This document shows, in pieces, positions 48,400 to 61,887 of a stretch of DNA of 64,000 bases. Both the position numbers and the translations under genes were made by a program. Positions within the stretch are counted from its first letter, which is position 1, and each line of letters begins with the position of its first letter. The notes under the pieces are model-generated. The model did not search any database. It was not told the origin of the DNA and saw only the letters and a program-made list of their open reading frames with translations. Origin of the DNA: Chiloscyllium plagiosum (lineage: Eukaryota); contig NC_057720.1 in the NCBI RefSeq assembly GCF_004010195.1, forward strand, positions 28,160,821-28,224,820, read 5' to 3'.

Positions 48400-48618
48400 C
48401 AGCCGGTTCTGATATAGCGTGATAGTTCTGTTCTCGTATGATCTCGTGTTATAAGAAAATTGTGCAATAGCCGTGCCATTTAAATTAATGGGGCTGGAAT
48501 TGCATTATAGCCAATGCATGTAAGGAAAGTTTGCATTCTACAAATAACAGTCTAAATTCTTCAATCGCATTAAAGCCAATTTGCATTGAAGAAACATGCA
48601 TTTTAGTAGAATCAACTG
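48400..48618 (-). mobile_element. pogo/Tigger-like MITE related to 12312-12842
   Basis: TA-CAGCCGGTTCTGATATAGCG … GCATTTTAGTAGAATCAACTG-TA. Confidence 0.75.
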
Positions 48619-48704
48619 TAGCTGAAATCACCTTTAGTTTTGATTCTTTCCTCATATGGTGTATAGCTGTAGGAATGCCCTTTAATTACAATCTATCCTA
48701 TATT

Positions 48705-49047
48705 GATGGCACAGTGGCTCAGTGGTTAGCAATGCAGCCTCACAGCACCAGGGACCCGCGTTCAGTTCCAGCTTCGGGTGACTGGCTGTGTGGAGTTTGT
48801 ACATTCACCCCACATCTGCGTGGGTTTCCTCCGGGTGCTCCGGTTTCCTCCAACAGTACAAAGATGTGCAGGTTAGGTGAATTGGCCATGTAAATAGCCT
48901 GTAGTGTTCAGGGATGTGTGGGTTAGGCGCATTAGCCACGGCTAAAATTGCAGTAATAGGGTAGGGGAATGGGTCTGGATGGGTTACTCTTCGAGGGTTA
49001 TTGTGGACTTGTTGAGCCAAATGGCCCGTAATCACACTGTAATGATC
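48705..49047 (+). mobile_element. HE1-like SINE
   Basis: GGCACAGTGGCTCAGTGGTTAGC head, V-domain GGGTTTCCTCCGGGTGCTCCGGTTTCCTCC, and tail. Confidence 0.88.
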
Positions 49048-49273
49048 TTAATGTTGAAATGAGCAACCGTTAGGGGTTGCTCTACGATTGGGCCAGGCCA
49101 TCTATTGCTAACTATCCTCAATAATTTCAAACAGCAGTTAGAGAAATTAACAGGAATCTTGAGTCAGCCCATCCTCAGATAAGATTGAATATTGTAGGAT
49201 AATGATGATTTCAAACTTATTTCTATTTCATTTTGAATACATACCAATTAATGTGACTTCCACATTTTCCATT

Positions 49274-49605
49274 GGGCAGTGCAGTGGTTAGCACTGCTGC
49301 CTCTACCATCGGGGACCCAGGTTTGATTCCAGCCTTGGGTGACTTGGAGTTTGCATGTTCTTCCCATGTCTGTGTGGGTTTCCACCAGTGCTTCTTCCCA
49401 CAGTTGAAAGATGTGTAGGTTAGGTGGATTGCTGTGCTAAATTACCTTGCAGTGTCCAGGGAGGTTAGATGGGTGAACCACAGTAAATGTAAGTTTATGG
49501 AGATGGAGTGGGGGCCTGTGGGTTTGAGTGGAATGCTCTTCTGAGGGTTGATGCAGACCCAGTGGGCCAAATGACCTTGTCTGTACAGTAGGGATTCTAT
49601 GATCT
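49274..49605 (+). mobile_element. HE1-like SINE (older)
   Basis: CAGTGGTTAGCACTGCTGCCTC…GGAGTTTGCATGTTC…. Confidence 0.8.
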
Positions 49606-50064
49606 TTCCAGTCTAATGCAGTGTATATGTTGTAATCAAGCATCATCAAAGGATAATGGTGTGCTTTTTTGGTAGACTTAATAAAATATGAATGACACTA
49701 ATTTGCAAACTGATTTAATGATCAGTAATCAATATAAATGGAAGTTGATTTTTCCATTTTAATCTGTCATAAGCCATTCTGTTATTTGAAAAAGTTTGCA
49801 TTTAGGTTTTAATAAATTCTTCATTCATTCTGTTCATTTGACCAATGGCATCAGCAAAAGAACAACTTTACTAAGCTCTGCTGTTGCTGGGATCATATCA
49901 TTTCAGGTAAATTTCATTTTAGTATTCAAGACAAAATCTGTCTCTACCTCTTCCTCTGTTATTACATTCCAGATTCCAACTACTTGAGTTGAATACTTAC
50001 CCCCACTCCTTGCAAACTATCAGCAAACCTACAGCCTCTTGTGTCCAAAGTTCATGAACATATT

Positions 50065-51545
50065 GAAGAAAGGGAGTATAGACAATCCTGGTAATTATAG
50101 ATCAGTGAGCATTACTTCAATTGTGGGTAAACTGTTGGAAGAGATTATCAGAGATAGGATTTATAATCATCAAGAGAGGAGTAACTTGATTAGGGATAGT
50201 TAACACGGTTTTGTGAAGGGTAGGTCATGCCTCACAGACCTTATTGAGTTCTTTGAGATGGTAAGCAAACAGGTGGATGAGGATAAAACATTGGATGTGG
50301 TGTCTATGGATTTGAGTAAGGCATTTGATAAGGTTCCCCACAGTAGGCTCATGGACAAAATACGGAAGCATGGTATTGAGGGTGATTTAGCAGTTTGGAT
50401 CAGAAATTGGCTAGCTGAAAGAAGACAGAAGGTGGTGGTTGATGGGAAATGTTCATCCTGGAGTTCAGTTTACTAGTGGTGTTTTGGGGCCACTGCTGTT
50501 TGTCATTATTTATAAATGACCTCGATGAGGGTGTAGAAGGATGGGTTAGTAAATTTGCGGACGACACGAAGGTCGGTCGAGTTGTGGTTAGTGCCGAAGG
50601 ATGTTGCAGGTTACAGAGGGATATGGGCTGAGAGGTGGCAAATGGACTAGGCGAAAGTGAGGACTGCAGATGCTGGAGATTAGAGTGTTGCTGAAAAAGC
50701 ACAGCAGGTCAGGCAGTATCTGAGGAGCAGAAAAATCGACATTTCTGGCAAAAGCCCTTCATCAGGAATGAAATTTAGTGCGGAGAAGTGTGAGGTGATT
50801 CATTTTAGAAGGAGTAAAAGGAACAGAGTACTGGGCTAATGGTAAGATTCTTGATGGTGCAGATAAGCAGCAAGATCTTGATGTCCATGTACATAGATTC
50901 CTGAAAGTTGCCAGCAGGTTGATAGGGTTGTTAAGAAGGCATACGGTGTATTAGCTCTTATTGGAAGAGATATTGAGTTTTGGAGCCATGAGATCATGCT
51001 GCAGCTGTACTAAACTCTGCTGCTGCCGAACTTGAAATATTGCATATAGTTCTAGACATTGCATTATGGGAAGGGTGTGCAAGCTTTGTACAGGCTTCAG
51101 AAGAGATTTACTAGGATGTTGCCTGGTATGGAGGGAAGGTCTTACGAGGAAAGGCTGAGGGACTTGAGGCCGATTTCATTTGAGAGAAGAAGGTTGGGAG
51201 GTGACTTAATTGAGACATACCAAGTGATCAGAGGATTAGATAGAGTGGACAGTGAGAGTCTTTTTCCTTGGATGGTGATGGCTAACATAGCTTTAAATTG
51301 AGGGTGAAATATCTCGGACAGATGTTAGAGGTAGGTTCTTTACTCAGGGAATACTAGAGGTGTGGAACCCACTGTCTGCAACAGTAGTAGACTCGCCAAC
51401 TTTACGGGCATTTAAATGGTCATTGGATAAACATATGGATGATAATGGAATAGTGTAGGATATATAGGTTTCAGACTAGCTCCACAGGTCAGCGCAACAT
51501 CGAGGGTCAAAGTGCCTCTACTGCGCTGTAATGTTCTATGTTCCA
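50065..51545 (+). mobile_element. CR1/HER1-like LINE RT + tail
   Basis: KGRSCLTDLIEFF, MDLSKAFDKVPH, SKFADDTK, LQKRFTRMLPG. A PLE fragment is inserted at about 50651-50771. Confidence 0.88.
50651..50771 (-). mobile_element. PLE terminal-repeat fragment with mutated hammerhead (50738-50765)
   Basis: Reverse strand CTGATGA-A-GGGC-TTTT-GCCA-GAAA-TG-TC, plus tail. Confidence 0.8.
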
Positions 51546-52099
51546 TATATTGATGGTCCTCTATCTATACCCATTTTTCCTGGAAGTTTATACATGAAAT
51601 TTTCCAAGATGGTTATCTCCACCGGCAATTGTTCTGAAAGTTACAACGATGCGACTGATAAAGGTAAATTTCTCCCCCTTTTCCTCTAGACCTGTTGGCA
51701 ACCTGTGACACAGTGGAAACGCAGGAAAACAGAGAAAAGTTATGGCCATTTAGCAACATGTGCCATAGCTGAAAAGTAGTTTATGAGCTTTATCCCACTT
51801 TCCAGCTCTTCATCAGTAGCCCCATGGCAAAATGTCAAGAACATAATCAAGTATTTTTTAAAAGTTATGAGTTTTGTTTCTACAGAGCTGAGAATTTCAA
51901 AACCCCTACTGTTGTCATAGTAAAAATAGTCTCCTGAACTCTCCTCTAATCCTTCTGCAATTACCTTTGATTTCTTTTTCCTGGTTATTGACATCTTTCC
52001 AGTGGAAATAGCTCCTTTCTATGCATTCCATCCAGGCCCCTCATAAATTTATATACTTCAACTAAATTTTTCCCTAACACATTGATCACATCATTTTCC

Positions 52100-53172
52100 T
52101 TTCATACATCTTTCATTTTTTCTTGTGGATGGTATTGTACTTACCTGGTTTTATTCTTCTCTGTCGAATCATGGCTGAGGAATTGCATACAATGACTTTT
52201 TTCCTCACTCCTGCACCATTAGCTCTAGTGTCTGCCAAGGATTTGTCTTTTGCCACTGACATTTCTTCTAGCTGCTGTCCTTCAGTAACATTAGTTTTCA
52301 CATAACTCTGACAGCACCCAGCTCTACCTCAGCCAGTTCTTTCAAAGTCTCCATTGGTTTTAAGTTATTAAGCTTCTGGAGAAGAAACATATTCAAATTA
52401 AATATTGGGAAAACAAAAATACCATTTTGGCTCCACTGTACAAGCACTATCGTGGATGTTGACTCCAGTCTTTCCATGGCAACTGTCTAATGTTAAACCA
52501 AACTGTTTGCAACCTTGGTGTTGTATTTGACCTCAGAAAAGCTTCTGACCACATTTCTATCACTTTATGTCATTGCTCAACTCAATTCTGCTTCAGCTCA
52601 GTAGTTGCTTAAACCTTAATTCATGCTTTTGTTACTTCTGAGCTTGATTATTTCAGTGCCCTCTTGGCTGTTCTCTCACATTCTAAGCTCTGTAAACTTG
52701 AGGTCATACAAAATTCTGCTGTCTGCATCCATATCTACAGCTGTTCTGTTCACTGACTTAACATGGCACTTGTTTAAACAGAATCTCAGTATTAAAATGA
52801 TGCTACTTGTTTTCAAATTCATTCCAAGTTCTCTGATCAATATTCTCCTCCAGCCCAGCTGGCCTCAAAAATACTTGTGTTCCTTTACCTGATCCCTTCA
52901 GCATCTCCAATTTTGCTTGCTCTGTCATTGGTGGCTATGTCTTCAGATGCCCAGGTCCTAAATTTTGAAATTCCCTCCCTAAGCCTCATCAGCCCTATAT
53001 CTTTCTTTCCTTTTTAAAGACTCTTTTAACATCTGCCTTTTTGATAAAAATTGTTGTTATCTGCTTTCGTATTGTATCCTGTAACGTGACAAATTTTTCT
53101 TTTAATACTCTAGTGAAGTTCTTGGGATGTCCTATATTAAAGCAGCTCTATAAATACAAGTTGTTTTTATTG
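52100..53172 (+). mobile_element. Old L2-like LINE 3' portion
   Basis: NLGVVFD, LIHAFVTSELDY and IQNSA remnants; tail …CTATAAATACAAGTTGTT. Confidence 0.65.
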
Positions 53173-53242
53173 TCATTGCCAGATTTATAAGACAATTAGC
53201 ACATTAGTTTGGTGTCAGTTTGAATTAGAACATAATACCTTG

Positions 53243-54652
53243 TCGTAGAGTGATAGAGGTGTACAGCACAGAAACAAACCCTTCGGTTCAACTCATCTAT
53301 GTCGACCAGAAAACCTAAATTAATTTTGTTCCATTTGCCAGCATATGGTCCATGTTCCTCTAAATCCTTCCTATTCAGATACCCATCCAGATGCCTTTTA
53401 AATGTTGTTATTGAACGAGCCTCCACCACTTCCTCATGACAGCTTGTTGCAGACATGCACCAGTCTCTGCATGAAATAGTTGCCCCTTAGATCCCTTTTA
53501 AGTCTTTCCCCTCTCACCTTAACGTATGCCCTCTAGTTTTGGTCTCCCCCACCTCTGGAAAATGATTTTGGCTATCCAACCAATCATGCCCCTCATGATT
53601 TTAGAAACCTCTTTAAGGTCACTCCTCAGCATCTAATGCTCCAGGGACAATAGCCACAGTCTCTTCAGCCTCTCCTTGCATTCTCTCCCAATGGCACAGT
53701 GGCTCAGTGGTTCGTACTGTTGCCTCACAGCGCCAGGGACCAGTGTTCAGTTCCAGCCTTGGTTGACTGGCTGTTTGGAGTTTGCACATTCTCCTCGTGT
53801 GTGCATGGATTTCCTCCGGGTGCTCTGCTTTACTCCAACTATCCAAAGATGTACAGGTTAGGTTAATTAGCCATGCTAATTTGTCCATAGTGTTCAGGGA
53901 TGTGTAAATTAAATACATTAGTCAGGGGTACATGTAGAGTAATAGGGTGGGGGAATGGGGTGGGTTACTCTTTGGAGGTCGATGTAGACTTGTTGGGCTA
54001 AATGGCCTGTTTTTACACTGTAGGGATTGTATGATTCTGTAGCTCAAACTGTCCAACCCTGGCAACTTCCTTGTAAACCTTTTCTGAATCCTTTAAACTT
54101 TCATACCATCCTTCCTATAACAGAGAGACCATAATTGCATGCTGTATTCCAAAAGTGGCCTAACCAATGTCTTGTACAGCCTCAACATGCCCTCCAATAC
54201 TCAGTGTACTGACCAATAAAGGCAAGCTTACCAAACGCCTTCTTCACTATCTTGTCTACCTGCGACTTCACTTTAAACGAACTATGAACTTGCACTCTGA
54301 AGTCTCTTTGTTCAGCAGCTTTCCCCAGGATCTCATCATTAAGTGTATAAGTCAGTTCTGCCCTGATTTGCCTTTCTAAAATGTAGCACTTCATGTATAT
54401 CTAAATTAAATTCCATCTGCCACTCCTCGACCCATTGACCCATCTGATCAAGATCCTGTTGTACTCTGCGGTAACCTTCTTTCCTGTCCACTACACCTCC
54501 AATTTTGATGTCATCTGCAAACTTACTAACCATGCCTCCAATGTTCACATTGAAATCATTTATGTAAATGATGAAAAGCAGTGGACCCAGCACCAATCCT
54601 CGTGGCACATCGCTGGTCACAGGTCTCCAGTCTGAAAAGCAACCCTCCACCA
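53243..54652 (-). mobile_element. CR1-like LINE 3' portion split by an HE1 SINE
   Basis: SDVPRGLVLGPLLF, SKFADDIK, WQMEFN. Confidence 0.88.
53692..54038 (+). mobile_element. HE1-like SINE
   Basis: TGGCACAGTGGCTCAGTGG head, V-domain and tail. Confidence 0.85.
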
Positions 54653-55252
54653 ACCTAATGAAACCTTGTTCATGACAGATTACAGCTAAGTCAATTTTAG
54701 TGCTTAAGAAAAACTATTTTCTCATGAACCTGTCCAGAGATGTTATCACACAGCTCTAGAGCAGGTTGGACTTGAACCTGAGCCAGTTAGCCTGAAGATA
54801 TGGATCCTATCGCTGTGCCACAAGAGCGCTCCTATCTGGTATTTAGAATTATTTTCAAGAATTGATGTTCCATGAGAACTGATCTGTGTCTCTGTATTCA
54901 TTTTGGCATTTGGAATATTTCCAGTGCAGTAACTTCCCGTTCCTATCTTCTGCAGTTTCAGCTGCAGATTCTACTGGTGTCTAAAGACTGTTGGTTCAAG
55001 GAGACATTGATATTCACACTACTTAGTACCTAATGCAGGATCTTGTATAAATGATGCTTATGCAGAGTTTTATTTTCTATTAAAATGTAGTACTGTGCTT
55101 TTATCACTAGAGGCCCCTGATCATCTTTGGAAATCCAAATTTCTCAAGATAACAATGTAAGATACTATTATATATTATATAATATTATTTTGGTTGTTCT
55201 GTTTTATTCCAGTTTAATTAAACAAAGATTGGCAGATTATATTTCTGTCTTA

Positions 55253-55975
55253 GAGTCATAGAGTCAAAAGGTCATAGAGATGTACAGCATGGAAATAAAC
55301 CCTTCGGTCCAACTCATCCGTGCCAACCAGATATCCCAACCCAATCTAGTCCCACCTGCCAGCACCTGGCCCATATCCCTCCAAACCCTTCCTATTCATA
55401 TACCCATCCAAATGCCTTTTAAGTGTTGCAATTGTACCAGCCTCCACCACATCCTCTGGCAGCTCATTCCATACACGTACCACCCTCTGTGTGAAAAAGT
55501 TGCCCCTTAGGTCTCTTTTATATCTTTCCCCTCTCACTCTAAACCTATGCACTCTAGTTCTGGACTCCTCGACCCCAGGGAAAAGACTTTGTCTATTTAT
55601 CCTATTTATGCCCCTCATAATTTTCTAAACCTCTATAAGGTCACGCCTCAGCCTCTGACGCTCCAGAGAAAACAGCCCCAGCCTGTTCAGCCTCTCCCTA
55701 TAGCTCAAATCCTCCAACCCTGGCAACATCCTTGTAAATCTTTTTTGAACACTTTCAAGTTTCATAACATCTTTCCAATAGGAAGGAGACTAGAATTGCA
55801 CGCAATATTCCAACAACGGCCTAACCAATGTCCTGTACAGCCGCAACATGACCTCCCAACTCCTGTACTCAATACTCTGACCAATAAAGGAAAGCATACC
55901 AAATGTCTTCTTCACTACCCTATCTACCTGCGACTCCACTTTCAAGGAGCTATGAACCTGCACTCCAAGGTCTCT
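55253..55975 (-). mobile_element. Relatively young CR1-like 3' end
   Basis: DLGVQVHSSLKVESQVDRVVKK…LYRTLVRPLLEYCVQF; (GAGTCATA)n tail; possible TCTTAG TSD at 55248-55253 and 55973-55978. Confidence 0.9.
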
Positions 55976-55998
55976 TAGTTCAGTTAAAAGCAGACTGA

Positions 55999-56110
55999 TT
56001 GTGTAATTACACAAACCCTTCGGTCCAACTCATCCGTGCCAACCAGATATCCCAACCCAATCTAGTCCCACCACGATTTGTGTAATTACACAAATTGTGT
56101 AATTTGTGTG
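55999..56110. repeat. 60-bp exact copy of 55297-55356 sandwiched between palindromes
   Basis: 56013-56072 is identical to 55297-55356. Palindromes TTGTGTAATTACACAA (55999-56014) and ATTTGTGTAATTACACAAAT (56076-56095). Confidence 0.9.
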
Positions 56111-57899
56111 CAAATCCATTCTCATTAAAGATTCTTAATTCTATTAACTGGAATGAAAATCTTTGTTCTATAGAAAAAAACTGTTTTGGCCAAAAGAATT
56201 CATGAATTTAATGCATAGACTTCATCCAAACTCCCCAGTTTTCTGCTTTGAAGAAACCTGACTTGAAACATTAACTGTTTCTTTTTCAACGTTAGGCACT
56301 GAGTGTCTGACAATAAGAGACACCATTCCTTGGAATCCTGACAGCAAACAAGGATGGGTTTTGTGCCTTCCTGCATGACAGCACAGGATGAAGCTCCTGA
56401 GTGGTCATCATTTGCCTGTATTGACCCCCAGTTGGCAATGAGGCAGGATAGCTGTCTTCAAGCCTTCCTGCTCCATATTTAATCAGAGCAGGTTTAGGAA
56501 GAAGTCTCCACCTGGAACCCTCCTTCGTTATTTAATGACCTGCTATCTGCAAACGTGCCTCAGGGGAGTACATTAAATTCTGCCCATAAGTTTTAAATAA
56601 TGGATTTTTTGTTATTAAGACCTAGACCCACATAGTTTAATAAGGAGATCAGGGATGACAAAATAAAGCAGGAATTCTTTTAAAAAATGGTTTGCCCAGA
56701 TATTTATGGGAGAGGGAATTGAGAGTTCGAATGATCTTAACCGCACTGGTTGAGGATTGATAAGTTGAGTGAGAAAAACTCCATATTAAATTAGATGTGA
56801 ATTCTCAATCAAGAATGTGGAATGACACTTTCTTGTTCCAAACATTATGCTTGCTTAATAGTAATGGGGATGAATGTGAGTGTACAGAATAGTTAATATA
56901 TACTTGACAGAAATCTGATTCTAACCATGTTGGGATCACAGGTTTATTAACTTGTCTTTACTTTAGAGAAAATAGAGTGATTACCTGAAGATTTACTTAG
57001 TTACCTTCAAAGGCTTTAGGAGGACATTTGAGTTTCTTCCTGAAATTCTTATTTTTCATTATTCATGTTTAACAAATTTATTTAACAGGCTGAGCAACAT
57101 GATAATTTGAATTAGGAGCTGAAATGGGTAACTCATTCCCTTGAACCTACTCTATTCCTGTGCCATTTGATTCTTTTTAACATAGCCTGACTGAAAGGGT
57201 AAACTTGATAGACAAATTATTTTGTTGTTTTATATGTTTTACAGTAATATTTCAGCTTGACAACTACTTTGGTTTTTGTGTAGTTTTATCATGCCGTTAT
57301 TATTTGTTTCAGTATTATAGAATGTGTCAGTTATTTTCCTGCATTTGCCAGTTATATAGCGATAATAATTTGCAGACTATGTATGTACAAACTTCAGAGG
57401 AAGATCCTTGAGTGAACCAACTGAGATATTGTTTATCCAAAGTCTTTTTGTATCTGCCTAAATAGTCATGGTTGGTGTCCAGGCTGAACAGATTGGAACC
57501 AAGTAGTGTCATGCTTGGCATCATAGCAGTGGTTGTCACAAGAATGCTGAGTGAACCAGGGAGAGTGTTCAGAGAAGGGGAGTGAGCAGATGATGCTCAC
57601 ACTGGGGGGAATTAATTCAGAAATTGACCTTATTACACTGATAGTTGTCCTCCTCTCCTTCTATCTATTTGTTGACTCCCACCTAGTGTATTCTCAGTTT
57701 GTTTTCATTATAATGAAAGATAGTAGTCAAAACAATAAAATGTGCATAAATAGTCCATTACCATACAACACGCTGGTTTGGTAATGCATATATTGCTGTG
57801 CTTCTCAAAAAGACCACCAGTTGCTACGAATAAAATTGCAACAAATTCAGACATGTCCATGTAATAAGATCCACAGAATAATTTCAAAAAAGCAACAAA

Positions 57900-58806
57900 G
57901 AGGTGCCATGATAGGAGCTTCCTGGGAAAACATTCCCATTGGACCCCATGACATTCGTATACTTCGTGACTAAAACATTTCCATCATCAATTTGACTTCA
58001 ACTAAATGTTAATTAAGTTGGTCATTTGTACTGTTTTCTCTAATTTAGTATACATTGTGGTCAATTTCCTATCTCATAAAATGCTATCTATTCTATGCCA
58101 TTAGAGATTCAAATACACCAATATTTAACCAATCATCATTTTAAAGTGTATTTCTTGACTAAACAGCACAATAGTAGCTCACTTCCCACTGCAGTATCTG
58201 ACTTCAAGCCCTATTTTTAAAGCCTAACAGAGAATAATTAACTAACAACTATTTACAACTCATTTATCTAAATCTATTTTGTTCCTCCCCCCCCAAAAAA
58301 ACTATCCTATAAAACCCCCCAATTAAGGAATACAGTAAAATTCAAATTTCAACACCAGCCAGCTACCAAATCTTCTCTTGGTACCTTCCTCTGTAGTTTT
58401 GCTCTCCATGTCAGTGTTGATCTCTTTTCCTGTGCATACTCCTTCTCCAGACAGGAATCTCTCAGGGATTTCTTACTAGCAGCCTACATCTGTTGGTCTT
58501 TTGGCAGTTCTTCTCCAAGTGTTCAATTCTTTTTCGGTTTTATACACCAAAACATCGGATCTTTTCATTGGTGTTAATAGTGTCAAAATACTAAATTCAA
58601 ACTTGATTGGAGTTTGGTGTTTTGGGGCATAATTTAAACTGATTGGCCGAATTTGAATTTTTTTTGTCTCCAGGCAACCCAGTTAATGTAGTTGTTCGAC
58701 CAAATGTTGCATTGTTACCTTGTTCAGACCACGTTGTGCTGTGTCAGGTAGTTCTGCGAGCTTTTAACTCTCTTAAAGGTACAGTACCCCTTACACCTTC
58801 ATAACG
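57900..58806 (-). mobile_element. LTR-like fragment
   Basis: Reverse strand begins (C)GTTATGAAGGTGTAAGGGGTACTGTACCTTTAAG, resembling Gypsy LTR starts. The left boundary is uncertain. Confidence 0.45.
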
Positions 58807-59589
58807 TGGGGAATAAGAAAATTGCAGAGATATTAAGCACATTTTCTCTGTCTTCATGGAGGAAAATGCTAAAAAGCTGCAAGATGTTAACTTTACTTGC
58901 CAAAAAAATACCTCGAGAAATTAGTGTGACTTAAAGTTGATAAATTACCTGGACCTAATAATCTATATCCATGGATATTGAAAGAGGTGACTGTAGAGAT
59001 TGTAAATGTGTTAGTGGTCATCTTTCAAAATTCTTTAGACTCTGAAATGGTCCCTGCAGATTAGAAGGTGGCAAAAGTTACCTGATTATTTAAGAAAGGA
59101 GGAAAAAGATTACCAGGAAACTACAGACCTCTTAGCCTATCATCAGTTTTTAAAAAAATGCTAGAATCTGTATTACAAGATGTGTTAAGAGGCCACTTAG
59201 AAAATAATGGAAGGATTAGATTAATGAAAGGAATTCATATTTGAGTTTTTTGAGGTTGTAACTAGCATAATTGACTAGGGAGCAATGGTGGATGTTGTCT
59301 ATTTAGATTTTCAGACTGCCTTTATTAATTCCACACATTAAATTTGTAATTAAATTACAGCATGTGGGATTTGGGAAATACTGCATAGATTGTGAACTGG
59401 CTAGTGGATAGACAACAACAGAAACAACAGTTGAGGGCCAGATTAAATTAACTGGGTCTATATCTTCAGGAGCTTAGATGAATGTGGGAATTAATAGATC
59501 ATTTTCAGAGTGGGAGTAGTGGAGTACTGCAAGGATCTCAGCTATTCCCAATCTATATCAATGATTTGAATGTACACACCAAATGTAAC

Positions 59590-60347
59590 AGAGTCATAAA
59601 GTCTTTGGTCCAACCACCGCACGCCAAAAATAATCCCAAACTAAACTAATCCCACCTGCCTGCTCCTGGTCCATATCCCTCCAAACCTTTCCTATTCATG
59701 TACTTACCTAGGTATCTTTTAAACATTGTAACTGTGCCAGCATCCAGCACTTCCTCAAGAAGTTCACGAACCACCCTCTGTGTAAAACATTTGCCCTCAT
59801 GTCTTCTTTAAATCTCTCTCCTTTCACCTTAATAATATGTCCCCTAGTCTTGAAATTCCCCATCTGAGGGAAAATATATCCACCTTTAATCCTATCTGTA
59901 CCCCTCATGATTTTGTAAACCTCCATAAAGTCACCTCACAACCTCCTATACTCCAGTGAAAAAAAAAGTCCCAGCCTTTCTTTATAACTGATACCTTTCA
60001 TACCTTGCAGCATCCTGATAAATCTCTTCTGAACCCTCTCTAGCTTAATAAGATCCTTTCAATAACAGGGCAACCAGAACTGGGCACAGTACCCCAGAAG
60101 AGGCCTCACCAATGTCCTGTACAACCTCAACCTGACTTCCCAACTCCGATACTCAAATGACTGAGCAGTGAATTCAAGCATACTCAATGCCTTTGTAACC
60201 TCCCCATCTGTATGTGACGCAAAGTTCAAAGAATTATGTACCTGAACCCCTAAATCTCTCTGTTCTACAACACTACCCAAAGCTCTACCATTAATTGTAT
60301 AAGTCCTGCCCCGTTTTGTTGTACCAAAATGCAATACTTCACATTTA
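59590..60347 (-). mobile_element. CR1-like 3' end
   Basis: HFGTTKRGRTYTINGRALG…RPLLGYCAQFWLP. Confidence 0.85.
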
Positions 60348-60782
60348 CAGATGACACAAAATTTGGTATGTGTGGATGTTGTAATGACTCAAGGGGATTT
60401 GGAAGAGGCTACGTAATTGGAAAAAGTACGGCACGTGGAATACAACACGAAGAGTATGTGAACATATCCATTTTGGTTAAGAATGCAGAAATGCAAATTA
60501 TTTCTTAAATGATGAGAGTCTAGGAAGTGGACATTAAATAGTCTTGGGTCCTTCTTCATCAGTGACTGGAAGTTAACGTGTAGGTGCAGCAAGCAATCAA
60601 AAAGGTAAGTCATAGGTTAGCTTTTATCACAAGAGTATTAGGTATTAGTAGTAACGATATCTTACTACAATTTATCAAAAACCTTGCTGAGACCACATTT
60701 TGAGCATTGCTATCAGTTTTTGTCTCCATACCTAAAAAAATGCTTGCCATAAAGGAGTACAACAAATGTTCTCTAAACTAAT

Positions 60783-61014
60783 AAAGCAAAGAACTGCAAT
60801 GACTGGAAGTCTCAACCCAAAACAAAAGTTGCTGGAGGAAATCAGCAAGTCTGGCACTATCTGTGGAGAGAAAACAGAGTTAACATTTCACGTCCACTCC
60901 TCTTTCTTCAGTTCTCTGAAGTTCAAAGTTCAATGGACTCGAAACATTAACTCTGCTATCTCTCCACAGATGCTGCCAGACATGCTGAGTTTCTCTAACA
61001 ATTTCTGTTTTTGT
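60783..61014. mobile_element. Hairpin-shaped PLE-like mini-insertion (second family) with degenerate 14-bp TSD
   Basis: About 60817-60895 is inverted relative to 60932-61014. Hammerhead remnant GACTCGAAACATT. Flanks TTCTCTAAACTAAT (60769-60782) and TTCACTGAACTAAT (61015-61028). Confidence 0.7.
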
Positions 61015-61887
61015 TTCACTGAACTAATTCCTGGAATGCAAGGCCAGACTAGATAAACTGAGCCTATATTTTCTAGAGTTTAGAAAAATGTGGGGTGATC
61101 TCATTTAACCTTCTGAAATTATTAGAGATTTGTAGGGTAAATGCAGTAAAGAGGTGTCCGCTATCTGGGGAAGGTTTTCTAGAACCATGCAACACAGTTT
61201 CAGAATCTGGGGCAGGCAATTTAAGAATAATTTCCTCTCTCAGAAAGTGTTTTTGGAATTGTCTATCCCCAGAAGGCTCTGCTTTTGAGAATGTTCAAGA
61301 CATTTCTCTTTATTAAAAATGTCAAGAGAGACGGGATACTGTGGCATGATGGAGATCAGCCATGATATCATTGAATGTTAGAGCCACTTCAAGGTGTTGA
61401 ATGGCCAATTGCTCCTGTTTCTTATGCTGTTTTCACCTCTCATTCCTCTAAACTTCAGATAGTATAGACTCAGTCTCCTTGATTTGTACTCATAGTACAA
61501 TATCACCCCTCCCAGGGATCAGACTGGTGAACTTGCTTTGCAGTCCTCCTATACTAGGGAAATCCTTCCTTAGATGAGGAGACCAGAAGTTTACACAAAA
61601 TTGGTCGCTGGTTTTTACCATATGACAATAGTGAGTGCATTTTGAAAGTACTTCATTTGACCCTTAGAGGCTCCACAAAAAAATTGCAAATCCCTTCCTT
61701 TCTGCTGCAGCGCTGTACCCAGATTTTAGCATTCAAACAAAGGATGGATTTAAAAAATTATTTGTTTACCAAATGCTTTGTAAACAACATTGCCTTGTGA
61801 TATATATTTGACTGCAGTCATGACATTCTACCTAAATGCAGCTAGATTTGTTGGGAAAATGTGATATCCTATTTGTATGGGATAATC

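Larger units (their letters stand above)
58807..61430 (+). mobile_element. Old CR1-like LINE split by a younger CR1 (-, about 59590-60347) and a PLE hairpin insertion
   Basis: DKLPGPNNLYP, FKKGG…PGNYRPLSL, VYLDFQTAF, DDTKFG and RPHFEHCYQF remnants. Confidence 0.75.

Noticed and set aside
51609..51663. Possible 55-nt exon (aag|ATGG…AAAG|gtaaat)
   Set aside because: Poor acceptor, squeezed between CR1 fragments, and no recognisable product.
56350..56586. Possible PIF/Harbinger-type MITE ending TAAATTCTGCCC
   Set aside because: The matching left TIR is too degenerate to support a call.
57089..57127. Possible short exon after an AT-rich acceptor
   Set aside because: Its 3' half overlaps a decayed CR1 tail relic and the donor is weak.
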